DNA of 64,000 nucleotides from Perna viridis (lineage: Eukaryota). How positions within the stretch are numbered: the first letter of the stretch is position 1; every line of letters begins with the position of its first letter. Under the pieces are notes generated by a model. It was not told where the DNA came from, made no database searches, and saw nothing but the letters and a program-made list of their open reading frames with translations. The DNA is taken from positions 7,909,635 through 7,973,634 of the forward strand of contig CM074524.1 of the NCBI GenBank assembly GCA_037379345.1, given 5' to 3'. Positions 52,831 to 64,000 of the stretch are shown piece by piece. Both the position numbers and the translations under genes were made by a program.

Positions 52831-55798
52831 TACTAATAAAAAATCATTCTACCAAGAAGAAAAGAATGAAAATACAATAAATATTGTTTTTGGACTAAAG
52901 ATCTCAATCGCTGTCAGCGCCATCTTGTGTTAATTTAAGTGTATATACATGTATTATAGAAAGTACCAGAGAATAGACTAATCTCAGCACCTATCAACCA
53001 TTACAACCAAAACAAAATGCTGGACATATACTTTAAAACAATATTGCTTCGCGTAGCCACATGTTCCCCGCTGCCGCAAGCAAAAAATTGTAGTGCAAAA
53101 TTTGTCGAATCAAAATGGCGGCAAAATATTATCGACTACATATGGAGACTAACAATCGTACAAAAATTTCACAAAATCCGCTGAGCAGTTTTTGAGGTGT
53201 TACGTCCACAAAGTTAAGTGCGGCGGACAGACGCACGGACACCGGTATTTCTACTTCTCTTTTTGTGTTGCGGCGGAGGACACCATTTTGATTTATCTTC
53301 TTCCATACTGATGGCACAAAGTCGGAAAATAGATCATCACATAACCTCTAGCACTGTTAGAGTAAGGCCTACTCGTAAAGATTAAATTAGTTGCTCTTTA
53401 ATTATGCACTAGGTGCCACCGAAAAAAACCCAATGATTTTGAAGTTTCTCGGAAAAATAAAACCAAATGTACAATAGGATTGGATGAAACTGTGTCACAA
53501 TTTTCATAAGTACAGAAAAATATGATTCATAATTTCCCTCAATTTGTCAAATTTCCATTCTTCCCATTTAAATTCATCTTCAACTTTATATTGTACTAAA
53601 ATCTAAGAAATGTTGGAAATATTCTAGTCCGAAAAGGTCAGTTCCCTCATAAACATTAAGTTTTTCTACTTCCAATTGTAAATGTTTAACTCTTTATACG
53701 AAATTCCTCACATAAAACAACAATAATGAAACAAACAAAAATAAATACGAAAAAAAAAAAGAAAGAGATCGGAATGAAATGACAGTAGTAGCTAAATAGT
53801 CAATGCTTCAAACCAGTGGCGGATCCAGGTTAGGCTACTATTGGTCAATTTTAATCAATAACTAAAAAGACAAAAAAAAAAAAAAGAACAACACGAAATT
53901 TACCAACTTTTCACGGGGATTGAGGGTCCAATTATAGCATCCACCATTGTACAACATGCGGAACATTTGTCTCATCAGAAAGTTTCAAGATCCCCATTGG
54001 ATAGAATTCAACTGATAAAGTCTGATTTTTAATGTCAAAGAAGCAAAAGAAGTTAAAAATCGTAAATCCTGGTTCCTATAAGAACTATTTTGATTATTGA
54101 TTAGAGGTAGAAATGACAAAAGTTCAAACGAAGGAACAAAACAAAGCCGGTAACAACAATATGACAAAAGACAAGGTATTAGTCATAATACAAAAGAACT
54201 AAAAAGTACGCACAAAACCGAACTTAATGCCACCAATCTTAAATCCTGGGTGAACTCGAATGCCACAGGAGTGCGAGCAGTTCTAGCTTCTTCAACAGCA
54301 TCCACTGTGCTGAATATGACAATCCGACAGAAGTTTTCTTTGATTCCTTAGAAAACCGTTAACATGATTGAGACCTTCTGAACGATTCACATCAAAAAGA
54401 GGACACACAAAATAGTTTTAAATGGTTAGAAAAACTTAATGCTCACCCATAGTGCACCAAATAACTGATGGCTAGTCGAGTCGTCCCAGAAGCAAGACAC
54501 AAACACCAATAAACTACCAGGTGACTAGACCAGACACAATCCAAAATCCAATTTGTTTACATCGTTAATTGAAACCATTCATTTGTCACAGACAAGGAGT
54601 TTAGCACAAAACACCTCTCAAGATGATGTCGTACGCAAAATTTAATGCTCGATTTGATGCACATATAAATCGGAAAAGTTGAACTTTTGAACGACTAGAC
54701 CTATAGGCTTTTTAACCTATCAAACTTCCTCGTAACTGTATATTTTAATACAATGCATTTCCTTGAACTCTTACTTCAACCAGACGAAACAAGGTCATCC
54801 CCCTATTGAGTCATAATGGGTGCTGTCTGTCAAAACATAACCCTAAGAAAACTGAGCTGTTCAGATAAACATTACCACCCTTTTCTCAGATAACAATATT
54901 ACTGTGTATATGGAAGGAAAATAGTTAATATAGGATTCTATCACATTTCATAAAGATATAAGAAACGCGTCATTTCGAGAGAGCAAAGACCAACAGGGGT
55001 CCATTATAATTGGTTTGAGTCATTTTTTTTTCATATGAAATTTTACACCTAACTGTCATTTTTAACACGAGTTATTTTTTTTACAAAAAGTCTGATGAAG
55101 TGATATTGAAAAAAAAACTTCAAAAAATAGTGACATAAAACTGAATTAAGATAAGCAAGCAATTGGGTTTGGTCAAAAACCACGATTCGATAACCACCAA
55201 GATTTGATAACAATAAATAGCCAGTGTTCATGAATATACATGATTTTACATATTTCTATTCCACGTGTTGCTTTCACTTGTCTTCAAAAGACGTTGACTC
55301 TAGTGTCTTTATAGCTTTATGAAGAGCGGACATGATATGGACCAATTTGAAAACAAGGTTAAAACCTAATATTGAAGTAAATTGAATGATTCAGTACACC
55401 AAGAACTTAGCCACTAACTCTTCCATCAATCTATCAACAAAGCTTTACCTTAGACATCGACAGATTGGGCCCTTTTTGTCCATATTTCCTTCACAGTTGG
55501 GGCCATAATCTCAAAACAGTTATATCGACCAAATATTATTATGGTTTAATTCCAAGTTTTTTCCACTTTATAAAGATCCATTGATAATTTCTCAAGTTAT
55601 TGGACGACAAAAACCGCGCAATTCTTGTTAAATGTACACATTCATACAGTTTGTATGTAATAAACTCATCCCCTTTCTGGAGATCTTACACGTAGAACAG
55701 TTAAATGAAAACAACCGTACAGCAAATTTAAAACTATAGAACGACTACAAAATGGCATGGAAAAGGGACGATCGAAATAAATTCGCCCTTACCACAAA

Positions 55799-57293
55799 AC
55801 AAGAGGCTCCCAAAAGCCTGAATCGCTCACCTGATTAAATTTTTTGCCTTTCAAGGGCAATAACTCCAACACAGAGTTCTGACTCCATGAAGAATTTTTT
55901 AGAACTTATCATCAGGATCATTTCATCAACTGAAAGTTTCATTCCATCTATTATAGTTTTCAAGATATTGGCTGAAAACTGCTAAAAACATATTTTTTCT
56001 CCTCTCGAAGGCAATAACTCTTACATGGCGTCGTCTGGCAATTTTGATCCCTTCAAGACTTTTGTAAGCCTTACAATAAGGATCATTTCAGCAATTGAAA
56101 GATATCAGCTGAACCTGAAGGTTTTGGAGATATACACACAAAAATATTGTCCGACCCCTATGTTCTATTTTTAGTAACGACGGCCATTTTTTTAACTATT
56201 CAAAAATCCAAACAGTCACTTTGTTTAAAATACCTTAAAAAACAAGAATATCAACTTTCATTGAATTGTGTAAAGTAGCTTCTGAGAAGATTTCTGAATG
56301 TAGTAACATCAAAACAGCAAAAAAAACAAAAACGTCCAAAAAGGGCAATAACTCCTACATGGGTCAATAGATTTTCACCAAAATTTGACCACAGATAGAA
56401 CTCACCATGCACAATACTTCTAGCATCATATCTTGACCTACACTTAGAAATCGATAGTAAAGGAAAACTATTGATCAAACTTTACGACAAACGTGATTGA
56501 CTGTGGCAACATCCCTTCAGCACCTGCGTATGGTGTCTTCATATCACAACTCATACGTTATGCCAGAGTTTACCGAAACCACGCAGACTTTTTGTATCGC
56601 GCTAGAACTCTAACAAATAGGCTTCTGGAGCAGGGTTATGTTGTTACAAAATTGAAGTCATCACTACAGAAATTTTATGGTCGTCATCATGAACTCGTGG
56701 ATCGTTATGGTGTATCAATCTGCAGCATGGAAACTGATTTATTCAACGGGTCATAGTTTTTCTTTCCTCGTTTGTCTACCCCGGACTTCACTTTTTATGA
56801 GCAACTCGGCGAGTGTTTCTAGAACAGAAATGCTCCCAGTTTTTAGTGGAGTCCGAATTGCTCATTTGCTTTTGTAACTATGTATAAATGATTTTAGTTA
56901 CTCTTTGTTCTTTGTTGTGCATGTCTGTTTTCCATGTCTGGTCTTTGTCCCTAGATTACATTCTTTTGATTACCCCTATAACCTTGGTTCCCTTGATTAC
57001 TCTTTACTCTGTCAGAATTTGGCTAAACCTAACGGTTTTGGAAAAAAGTGCAAAAATCTGCTGTCTGACCCCTATGTTCTATTTTTAGTAACAGCGGCCA
57101 TGTTTTTTTAACCTATCAAAAATCCAAACGGTCATTTCAAGCAGGATACTCTAAGGAACAATCATCGTAAGTTTCATGCAAACATATTCAGTAGTTTAAG
57201 AGGAGAAGATGTTTGAAGAAATTGTTAACGACGACGACGGACGCCAAGTGATCGCAATAGCTCACATGGCTCACGGCCAGGTGAGCTAAAAAA
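55799..57293. mobile_element. HINE-like repeat, copy 3, interrupted by a Penelope-like fragment
   Basis: Head acaagaggctcccaaaagcctgaatcgctcacctg. End gacgacgacgacggacgccaagtgatcgcaatagctcacatggctcacggccaggtgagctaaaaaa. The subterminal gctcacctg/caggtgagc are inverted. Confidence 0.85.
56421..57003 (+). mobile_element. 5'-truncated Penelope-like retroelement (RT C-terminus and thumb + 3' tail); RT-terminal architecture as in Naiad-type PLEs
   Basis: ASYLDLHLEIDSKGKLLIKLYDKRD, then (after a small deletion) CGNIPSAPAYGVFISQLIRYAR...QGY....LKSSLQKFYGRHHELVDRYG*. No C-terminal GIY-YIG follows. The 3' tail is shared with the dispersed fragments. Confidence 0.8.
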
Positions 57294-58580
57294 ACATACA
57301 AAACCGCTTTAAACCTTTGACCTATTCCATGTTGCAGTCCAGTTTAGCAAATGACTATCAGCATGAAATCCAAGAAGGTATTAAGGGTTAGTAATGTTTC
57401 TGACAAACAACTTTTCACTTTTTAACCGACTAATTACTTTGTTTTACGTTAAAGGTCATTCCTCTTTTCCAGTCCAACCTCATATCTTACAAACAAATTC
57501 TGCTTTCCGTTTATGCATCTCCTCAAGCCTGCCTTTACTCCTCACCCACACATCATCGGTATCCATCTATTTCCTATACTTGTAACAACAGAAGATCCAT
57601 AAGTTACCGTTTGTCAAACCTCTATTCTCTTGAACTCTTGCAATTCCTTGTTCGCAAGAGCAATCCTATCATCAAGCCATATTTCTCCCTAGTTGAATTT
57701 CACACCTAAATTTCGATTTATTCTCTTAAGCGAGTGTACTATGCTTTTATGAAATAGTTGGAGGGGGGTCTTCACGAGTCGGTTCGTCATTAACATTTCA
57801 CAAGTCAAGTCTTTCCGTAAAGCCCCCCCCCCCACTATTTCATAAAAGCATAGTACACTCGTGTAAATATGAAAATTGAGGACAAAAAGCCAGTAGCTTA
57901 AGTAAGTCTTAAATGAAAGTGGAAGCCACATTTCTCATCTAATTTCATTTCTTCACCGGGCTAAGTAGCAACTTTCAAAGCCATTCTTTTTAAAACCGCA
58001 TAAAATTTCCAATTTCTAACATTTATCCATAGGCCCTGTATCAAACCCATTTCCAACTTCTCGCTGAAACAATATATTCCCTTCTTAATTGAGTAAATTT
58101 TAAATTAAAAGTCCACAGTATGACCTTTACTTACATTTTCATCGAGGAACTATCGTATCATGAGAAAACTCAGACATAATATTCATCATATATGTATGGC
58201 TCAACTATTCATCAACTTCGATATTCAAATGTTCCCTTTAATCCTCTTTATGGTTTCAAAACTTCCATTGTTCCGCCAAAAATTTTAATTCCTGTGTACA
58301 TTTTGTGAAATCACCCTTCAAACCAAGTGTCCGGTAGGCTAGATGAAACAAAAATATCTAAGGGTCAGATAAAGTTTATTTGCTCAAACAAGCGGTATTT
58401 TACTGGCTAAATCCATTATTGGGTCAGCGTGGTGCAAAGTATGAACCACCGATTAGGCCATATCAAATTATTTGAAGATTAACAGTCCGACCTCGTAAAA
58501 ATATCATGACTTTGATTCTAAAGATAATTCAACGTCTAAAGAATGGCTTCAGAAAGTGTTTTTTCTTCTTCATATATATA

Positions 58581-58857
58581 TAACGTCTCAGAATGTGACG
58601 ACTCTATTCACTACACTGCTCCATCGGATCAAATTGATACAGGGAAGATAACGTAAACTTATAGAAAGGTCTGAAAAATTCCCAACGACGTTAGCCTAGC
58701 TGGCCGAGTGGTCTAGGGCGCTGGACTTAGTGCACGCGGTGTTGCCATAGATGTCACAGCGGTACGAGTTCGAGTCCCGCGGAGGGAACGACAAAAATTT
58801 GCTTCGCAAATTTGACAGTTCTAACATCGTTGGGAATTTTTCAGACCCTTCTATATA
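58581..58857. mobile_element. tRNA-derived SINE with inverted 5' half
   Basis: Pol III A-box tggccgagtgg (58701-58711) and B-box gttcgagtcc (58768-58777) on +. The 3' part lies on - (58581-58694). About 35 bp is duplicated in inverted orientation, and (TA)n flanks both sides. Confidence 0.8.
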
Positions 58858-61800
58858 TATACTGTTGTTCTATTCGAGTTTAAATATGACTAAAACTAGT
58901 TAATACACATTCTTAGGTGATATTTAAAAAAATACATGTTGAAATAACTTATAAAAATATCCTTGAAATGAAATTGCATGTCACTCTAATTCAAATTAAC
59001 TCACGCATATGTTAACAAGAAACTTTTTAGTTTATTTTAATGGTTTCCCCTTCATCTGGGATAAAGAAATTGATCACAGCAAAATAAATTAGGAAGAACT
59101 CGATATTTTGACCAGAATTAAGAAAAAAATCACGGAAACTCCATTTTATCATTGTTCCATGTAAAACAATGTGACATAAATGGTCCGCCCGTTGTAAAAC
59201 AATGATAAAATGGAGTTTCCGTGATTTATTTCGATCCCAATATGACTAGTTTCTTCATAATTTTGAATAGACTAAGTCCATGTTGCACGACATGTTGGTC
59301 ATGTGTTAATCACTTTTTTTCACCATGGCTGTGGTCTAAAGAGCTTTGAAGCATGTTATGTGAAAATGGTAAATATATCCGGTTACAACAAATACTAGTA
59401 CTCAATATTTTAGCAGAGACACACAAACAACTAAACAAAATTATTTTACTGAAATTCACACATACACACGTTAAAATGCAATTGTTAACAACGTATATTT
59501 ATTAACTTTAATAAGACACACTTAAACAATGGGAAATAAATGTTACAACAAAATTACAGAACTCAAAATGATAGGAAATGTTATGTGTAAGAATCAGGCA
59601 AAATGGAAAAAATCAGAAACATGCATGTCAACCGATCAGACAATATCATTTCACTCAAGATGCTTTCTCTATTGAAAAGACCACTGTTTGATCTCTGGAT
59701 TTGCTCAGAATTTTTTTTAATAGAATGTTAGAAAAATTAGGTTTCTAACCAAGCTATCTGCCTTTGAAAAGTTAATAATCAGTGCATATCAATGAAATTG
59801 TAACTCAATTGACCAAAGTGATATGGAAATCTTTTTGATTTTGATGATGCAAATAGCAAACTTTAAACTTTCAAAATGGTGGGTTTTTTTTTTAAAACAT
59901 GTTCCACTCACTGCCTAATTATCACAGACACCGACACTTAAAATAGTAAATAAACAAGCAAGCAAGTAAGCAAAATCAACGATACACCGTAAGAATTAAA
60001 ATAACCACTATACGATTCCAATTTAATAAATTTTGTGTACAAACATTTAAAAGAACGACTTCTATTTTTCTTTAATTCAAGTCATTGTTACACTTAAAAA
60101 AAGAGCATGTCTGCGTCATAATACCGGTATTAAATATAGTCTGAATTCCCAAATCCCAAACTTTAAACTTTCAAAGGCAAAAAAGATTAAATGATCATTG
60201 TACAATATTTAATGCACTTACCCTTAACATGACAAGTAACTACTAGATGTTTTCAATCTAAAAGCAAGCAGTTTTTCACACTTTTATGAGACAAAACGAA
60301 GAAAAAAGCACAAGCAGATTAAATAACACCTAGTTATGTTGTAACCCTAACATTAGCACCAGAAACTATCGCGGTCAGAGACAACTGTTTTACACAACCA
60401 CATTACTAAGAATTAAATTAATACAAACTGTAATATGTTTTTCATACTTAGATGTATCAATCCATATAAAATTCAATCACTGCCATCCATTGAATGTAGA
60501 AGCAAAAAGGACCACCTAACAAACGGATCTACATATGCCATATATTTTGGCACAAGTCATGTTTTAAGCGAAAGTGTGGGGGCCGAGATTATTTTGAACA
60601 AAAGGTTATATGTATATAGTTCTACTTTACACAAAAATCAAATAATTCCAAATTTTAGCGCTTTCTATTTTTACTCAGTCATGGATAGAAAAAAATATGA
60701 TTTAATATTTTTTTCATTCACTAAGCAATATGGATTTTCAAATGCCCATGTTATCTCAGGTTGCTGCTAATATAAAAAAAATATATATTTTCCGCTCGCG
60801 CAATAAAAATATCCCAGGCCCCACCCTAGAGGAGAAAAAATAGCCTGTGCCTTACATTCTAATGATACTTAATGTATATGTAAATTCGGACCATCCCTTT
60901 TTCCTTAACTATCTGTTATCTTCGAAATTCTTGATGAGGAACCACATAAGAAATAGGCTGTAAATGTAAATCGTATATCGAAATTTCCATGACAAAAGTG
61001 ATACCTGAAAAATTCTCGATTTCGATCTTTTTACCAGTAAAACGTGTTTAGTGCCATACAAACATAGTATATAGTTCTATTTTACATAACCCTATACACG
61101 TATTTCTGTAACTGCATGTACTCTTAATTCGTCAATGTCTAGCACATTATTGACTTAACATAATTGCTCATATCTGATGTTGCTAAAACCTATAACAATG
61201 TATCAGTAAATATACAGTCATATAAATACGTTGTTTAATTGATGAAGAGGAAGTCATTTTTCCAGCCTTTATATTTCGAGTAGTACACAACAAATATAGA
61301 AGGCGATTTTTTGTATGAACGTATTTTATTAACTCCCAACAAAATCGATTGGGCGAAAGTAAATCTTATTTTTTTAGTCCTTACATTTGTACAATATATA
61401 AATATACACAAATAATAGAGTGTGAGAGCATGCTTAAACAATATATTAAACTGAGAGCATGATTTAACAATATATTGAACCGAGAGCATACTTTAAAAAT
61501 ACACTGAACCATTCATTTAATGCGCAGTTGTAGATCTAAGGGAGGGTTCCGGGGGAATAGAAATTTTTTTAATTTCGTGAAAAATTTGTGCAAATGAGCA
61601 AAAAAGCCTGTAATCTCCTTTTTTTTTTTTAAAATCTCTGGGTCCGCTACTGATTAGTGTAACTGATAGTCAACTGTAGAGAAAATTTAGTTAGGGGGAT
61701 GGGATATGGTGGTAAAGATCCTCAACTTATAGTAAAAACACTCGACTAGACACCATATCCATCAACGAACCGTACAACAAGAAATCTTTTTGATCTTTTC

Positions 61801-62444
61801 ATAAACGATGTTTTGATATAAGATGTATGCACGTGAGATCGTGGGTGTCATCGGTTACAATATCAGGTACATCAAAACTACCCCCATTTTGACAGCAAAA
61901 GGTATATAATTATCATGATGTCCGCTCCTCTATTCTTCTGTCAAACTCAGCACCTTTTTCGTTACAATTCTCTGGGCAACTTTTTATCACGACCACATGA
62001 TACGTGTATTTAAACAAAAGCTTTAAACAGATATGTCATATCATTGGATTCGATTACAGACCGACCCTAGAAATATCAGATTCGACGACTATGTTCATGA
62101 TTTAAACAGAGAATATTCGTAACAGTTTTCTCTGCAACTACGCCAACTTATCACAGCCACTTGATATTTTGACAAACGTTTCATATTTCTATGTAGGTAT
62201 GCCATATCGTGTGATTTGATTTCAGACATTAACTTAATATTAGATAAATTTGGGTTTTTTTTTACCAAATGGTTTCCTGGGTGGATAGCGGGGGCACCAT
62301 TTAAAGAGCTTTTGTTCGATGTGTTAACATGTTTTTTTTTTCTAGTTTCACATATAATACAAACACAATAAAAAACATATTTTTACTAAAATTTAAGTAT
62401 TTTGGGGTTCAGTAATGTACTAAGTATAACGTTTGGAAGGCCAG

Positions 62445-62722
62445 ACGGGTGAATGGTGAATATGTCTCAGAGACAACCACTCCATCAGGATGAAAAATGT
62501 CAGCTCAAGGCCACTCACGATTCTTCAACGAATGACAAGAAAACCTTCACACCACAGGGCATGCTGCAGCTAGCACCAAAAAACAACATTATACGTATGT
62601 ACAGCGAAATTGCTGCCCGAGACATCCTCAAGCAACATAAATGTAAATTGAACGAGAAAATGAATCAATACATGAAGAGAAATGCCTGACTTGGGACAGG
62701 CGCAAAAATGCGGTAGGGTAAT
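62445..62722. repeat. Decayed dispersed bivalve-type interspersed repeat
   Basis: Ends cctgacttgggacaggcgcaaaaatgcggtagggt. An inverted fragment aacctcgccgcatttttagcgcctgt lies at ~47642-47667. Confidence 0.5.
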
Positions 62723-63106
62723 ATATGTCCATCAATACTTAAAAAACACCCAGAATGAGAATTCCTTTCCCTAAAATATATATAAGTTCTTTTATAGGTC
62801 TATATGATGAAATATATTATCATTCATTTTAATCTGTCCGCTCTAAAGAGATAATCCACATTGAAAAGCCAAGACTTTCTATTGAATTTTAGTGTCATTT
62901 ACAGATTAATCTCCCTTAATTATGAATTCAACAGTACATTCTATGATGTATCTATACAATTTTTATCTCTTATGAACAAGGGTTAAAAAAGAAGCCATAT
63001 GTTAATTTCTCTTTACTATAACATTTTAAACAAAGTATAAAAAAAATAAAAATATGTAGGTTTTCCATTTGCCTGATTCTTAGATGGAGTTCTAATTCAC
63101 CAGATA

Positions 63107-63270
63107 CAGTGGAACCTGTCCAACAGAACCCCTCTAGAACAGACTAACTTGTTTAGTTCAAACAGGTGTACGGTTTACATAGGACCAAATTGCAAGTATA
63201 CTAACTGTCACATTAGTTTATTTTGCAAATTTTTTGTTTATTCTGGGTTCGGTTTAGACAGGTTTCACTG
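63107..63270. mobile_element. Tc1/mariner-type MITE with TA TSD
   Basis: ta|cagtggaacctgtccaacagaacc ... gggttcggtttagacaggtttcactg|ta. Confidence 0.8.
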
Positions 63271-64000
63271 TATACATTCAAGAAATTACTTTTATTTGTT
63301 ACACATCTGACACATGTGGCGACCACTTAAATTGTCACACGCCTTAGTCCTAGCATATTTAATATTATCACATAGACTGAAATATATCTTTTGACCACAC
63401 AAGTCAACTTAATTCTAACTTTTGTGCGTTTATGATACGACCATGAAATGACCTTGAGATGGAGAACCTCAATCATATTAATGGTGACTAACCAGGTGTT
63501 ACAATAAGCACTCTCCCACTCGGCAATGGCAGGTGGCAAGCAAATTTCATGACGGTAAATTCAAAGTTGAACAGAGCTTGCCCGCTGGGCTATCTAGTTT
63601 TTGGTGTTTTTTTTCTGCTCTATTTTACTCCAGGCCAGTTCAGATTGGTCAAAACTTATCCGCTTGACAAGTTGGACATTTCTCATACGGCTCCCCTAAA
63701 CTGACAAAAACAACAGCACAAGCCATAATGCAAATGCTAAATTTATTGAATAAAATACCATTTTTTTATAGCTGCTTCATAACGAGTTTAACAGCACGGA
63801 CATTTTGAGATGTCATTGGATTTTATGTTGAGTAAGAAGTTTTTTTTAATCTGCATTGGTATGTAATGGGGGAAATTTGAATCAAAATTTTGTTCTGTCC
63901 ATGTCAGAGTAATTTTAGGGGTAAAATATGGAATAATTTTATAATTAAAAAATCCCATGCAGCCCCACCCACTCCCTTGCTAATAAAATGTTTTGTGTCA

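Noticed and set aside
54522-54545. miR-279-like sequence tgactagaccagacacaatcca on +
   Set aside because: No complementary arm on either side, so no precursor hairpin.
56790-56880. SECIS element in the PLE 3' tail (some Naiad PLEs encode selenoproteins)
   Set aside because: An ATGA is present, but I could not build the AUGA/GA quartet with a correctly spaced AA loop, and this copy is internally deleted. SECISearch on a family consensus would be needed.
57460-58340. Purine-rich minus-strand stretch that looks like decayed coding sequence
   Set aside because: Stops in all frames and no recognisable domain, so no product can be assigned.
58695-58790. tRNA-Leu-like gene
   Set aside because: A and B boxes are present, but there is no proper cloverleaf or acceptor stem and the spacer is extended. 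A second copy with the same body and tail shows it is a SINE head.

Overview
AT-rich eukaryotic DNA, most likely from a bivalve mollusc. This is inferred from spliceosomal introns, lophotrochozoan-type miRNAs and HINE/SINE/Penelope repeats typical of bivalves. Protein-coding genes read directly from the sequence: the last two coding exons of ABHD13 (+, 88-1118); a complete four-exon CMC1 (-, 9073-13483); and a 397-aa single-coding-exon gene (+, 19744-20937). That gene joins an MGxxxS N-terminus and about 3 ankyrin repeats to an intact R-S-E (ExE) ADP-ribosyltransferase domain with no signal peptide, and it is the most unusual protein here. The 25-64 kb stretch has no recognisable intact protein-coding gene. 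It does contain two co-oriented conserved microRNA hairpins (mir-279 at ~35.8 kb, mir-36 at ~26.1 kb) that are probably in one spliced primary transcript, and a candidate degenerate hammerhead ribozyme at ~48.1 kb. The rest is transposon debris: Helentron-associated (HINE-like) repeats with nested retroelements, Tx1/L1 and RTE LINE 3' ends with TSDs, Penelope-like fragments, an IS3EU-like element, tRNA-SINEs (one with an inverted 5' half), MITEs and local tandem arrays. Almost all short ORFs in the supplied track are spurious.
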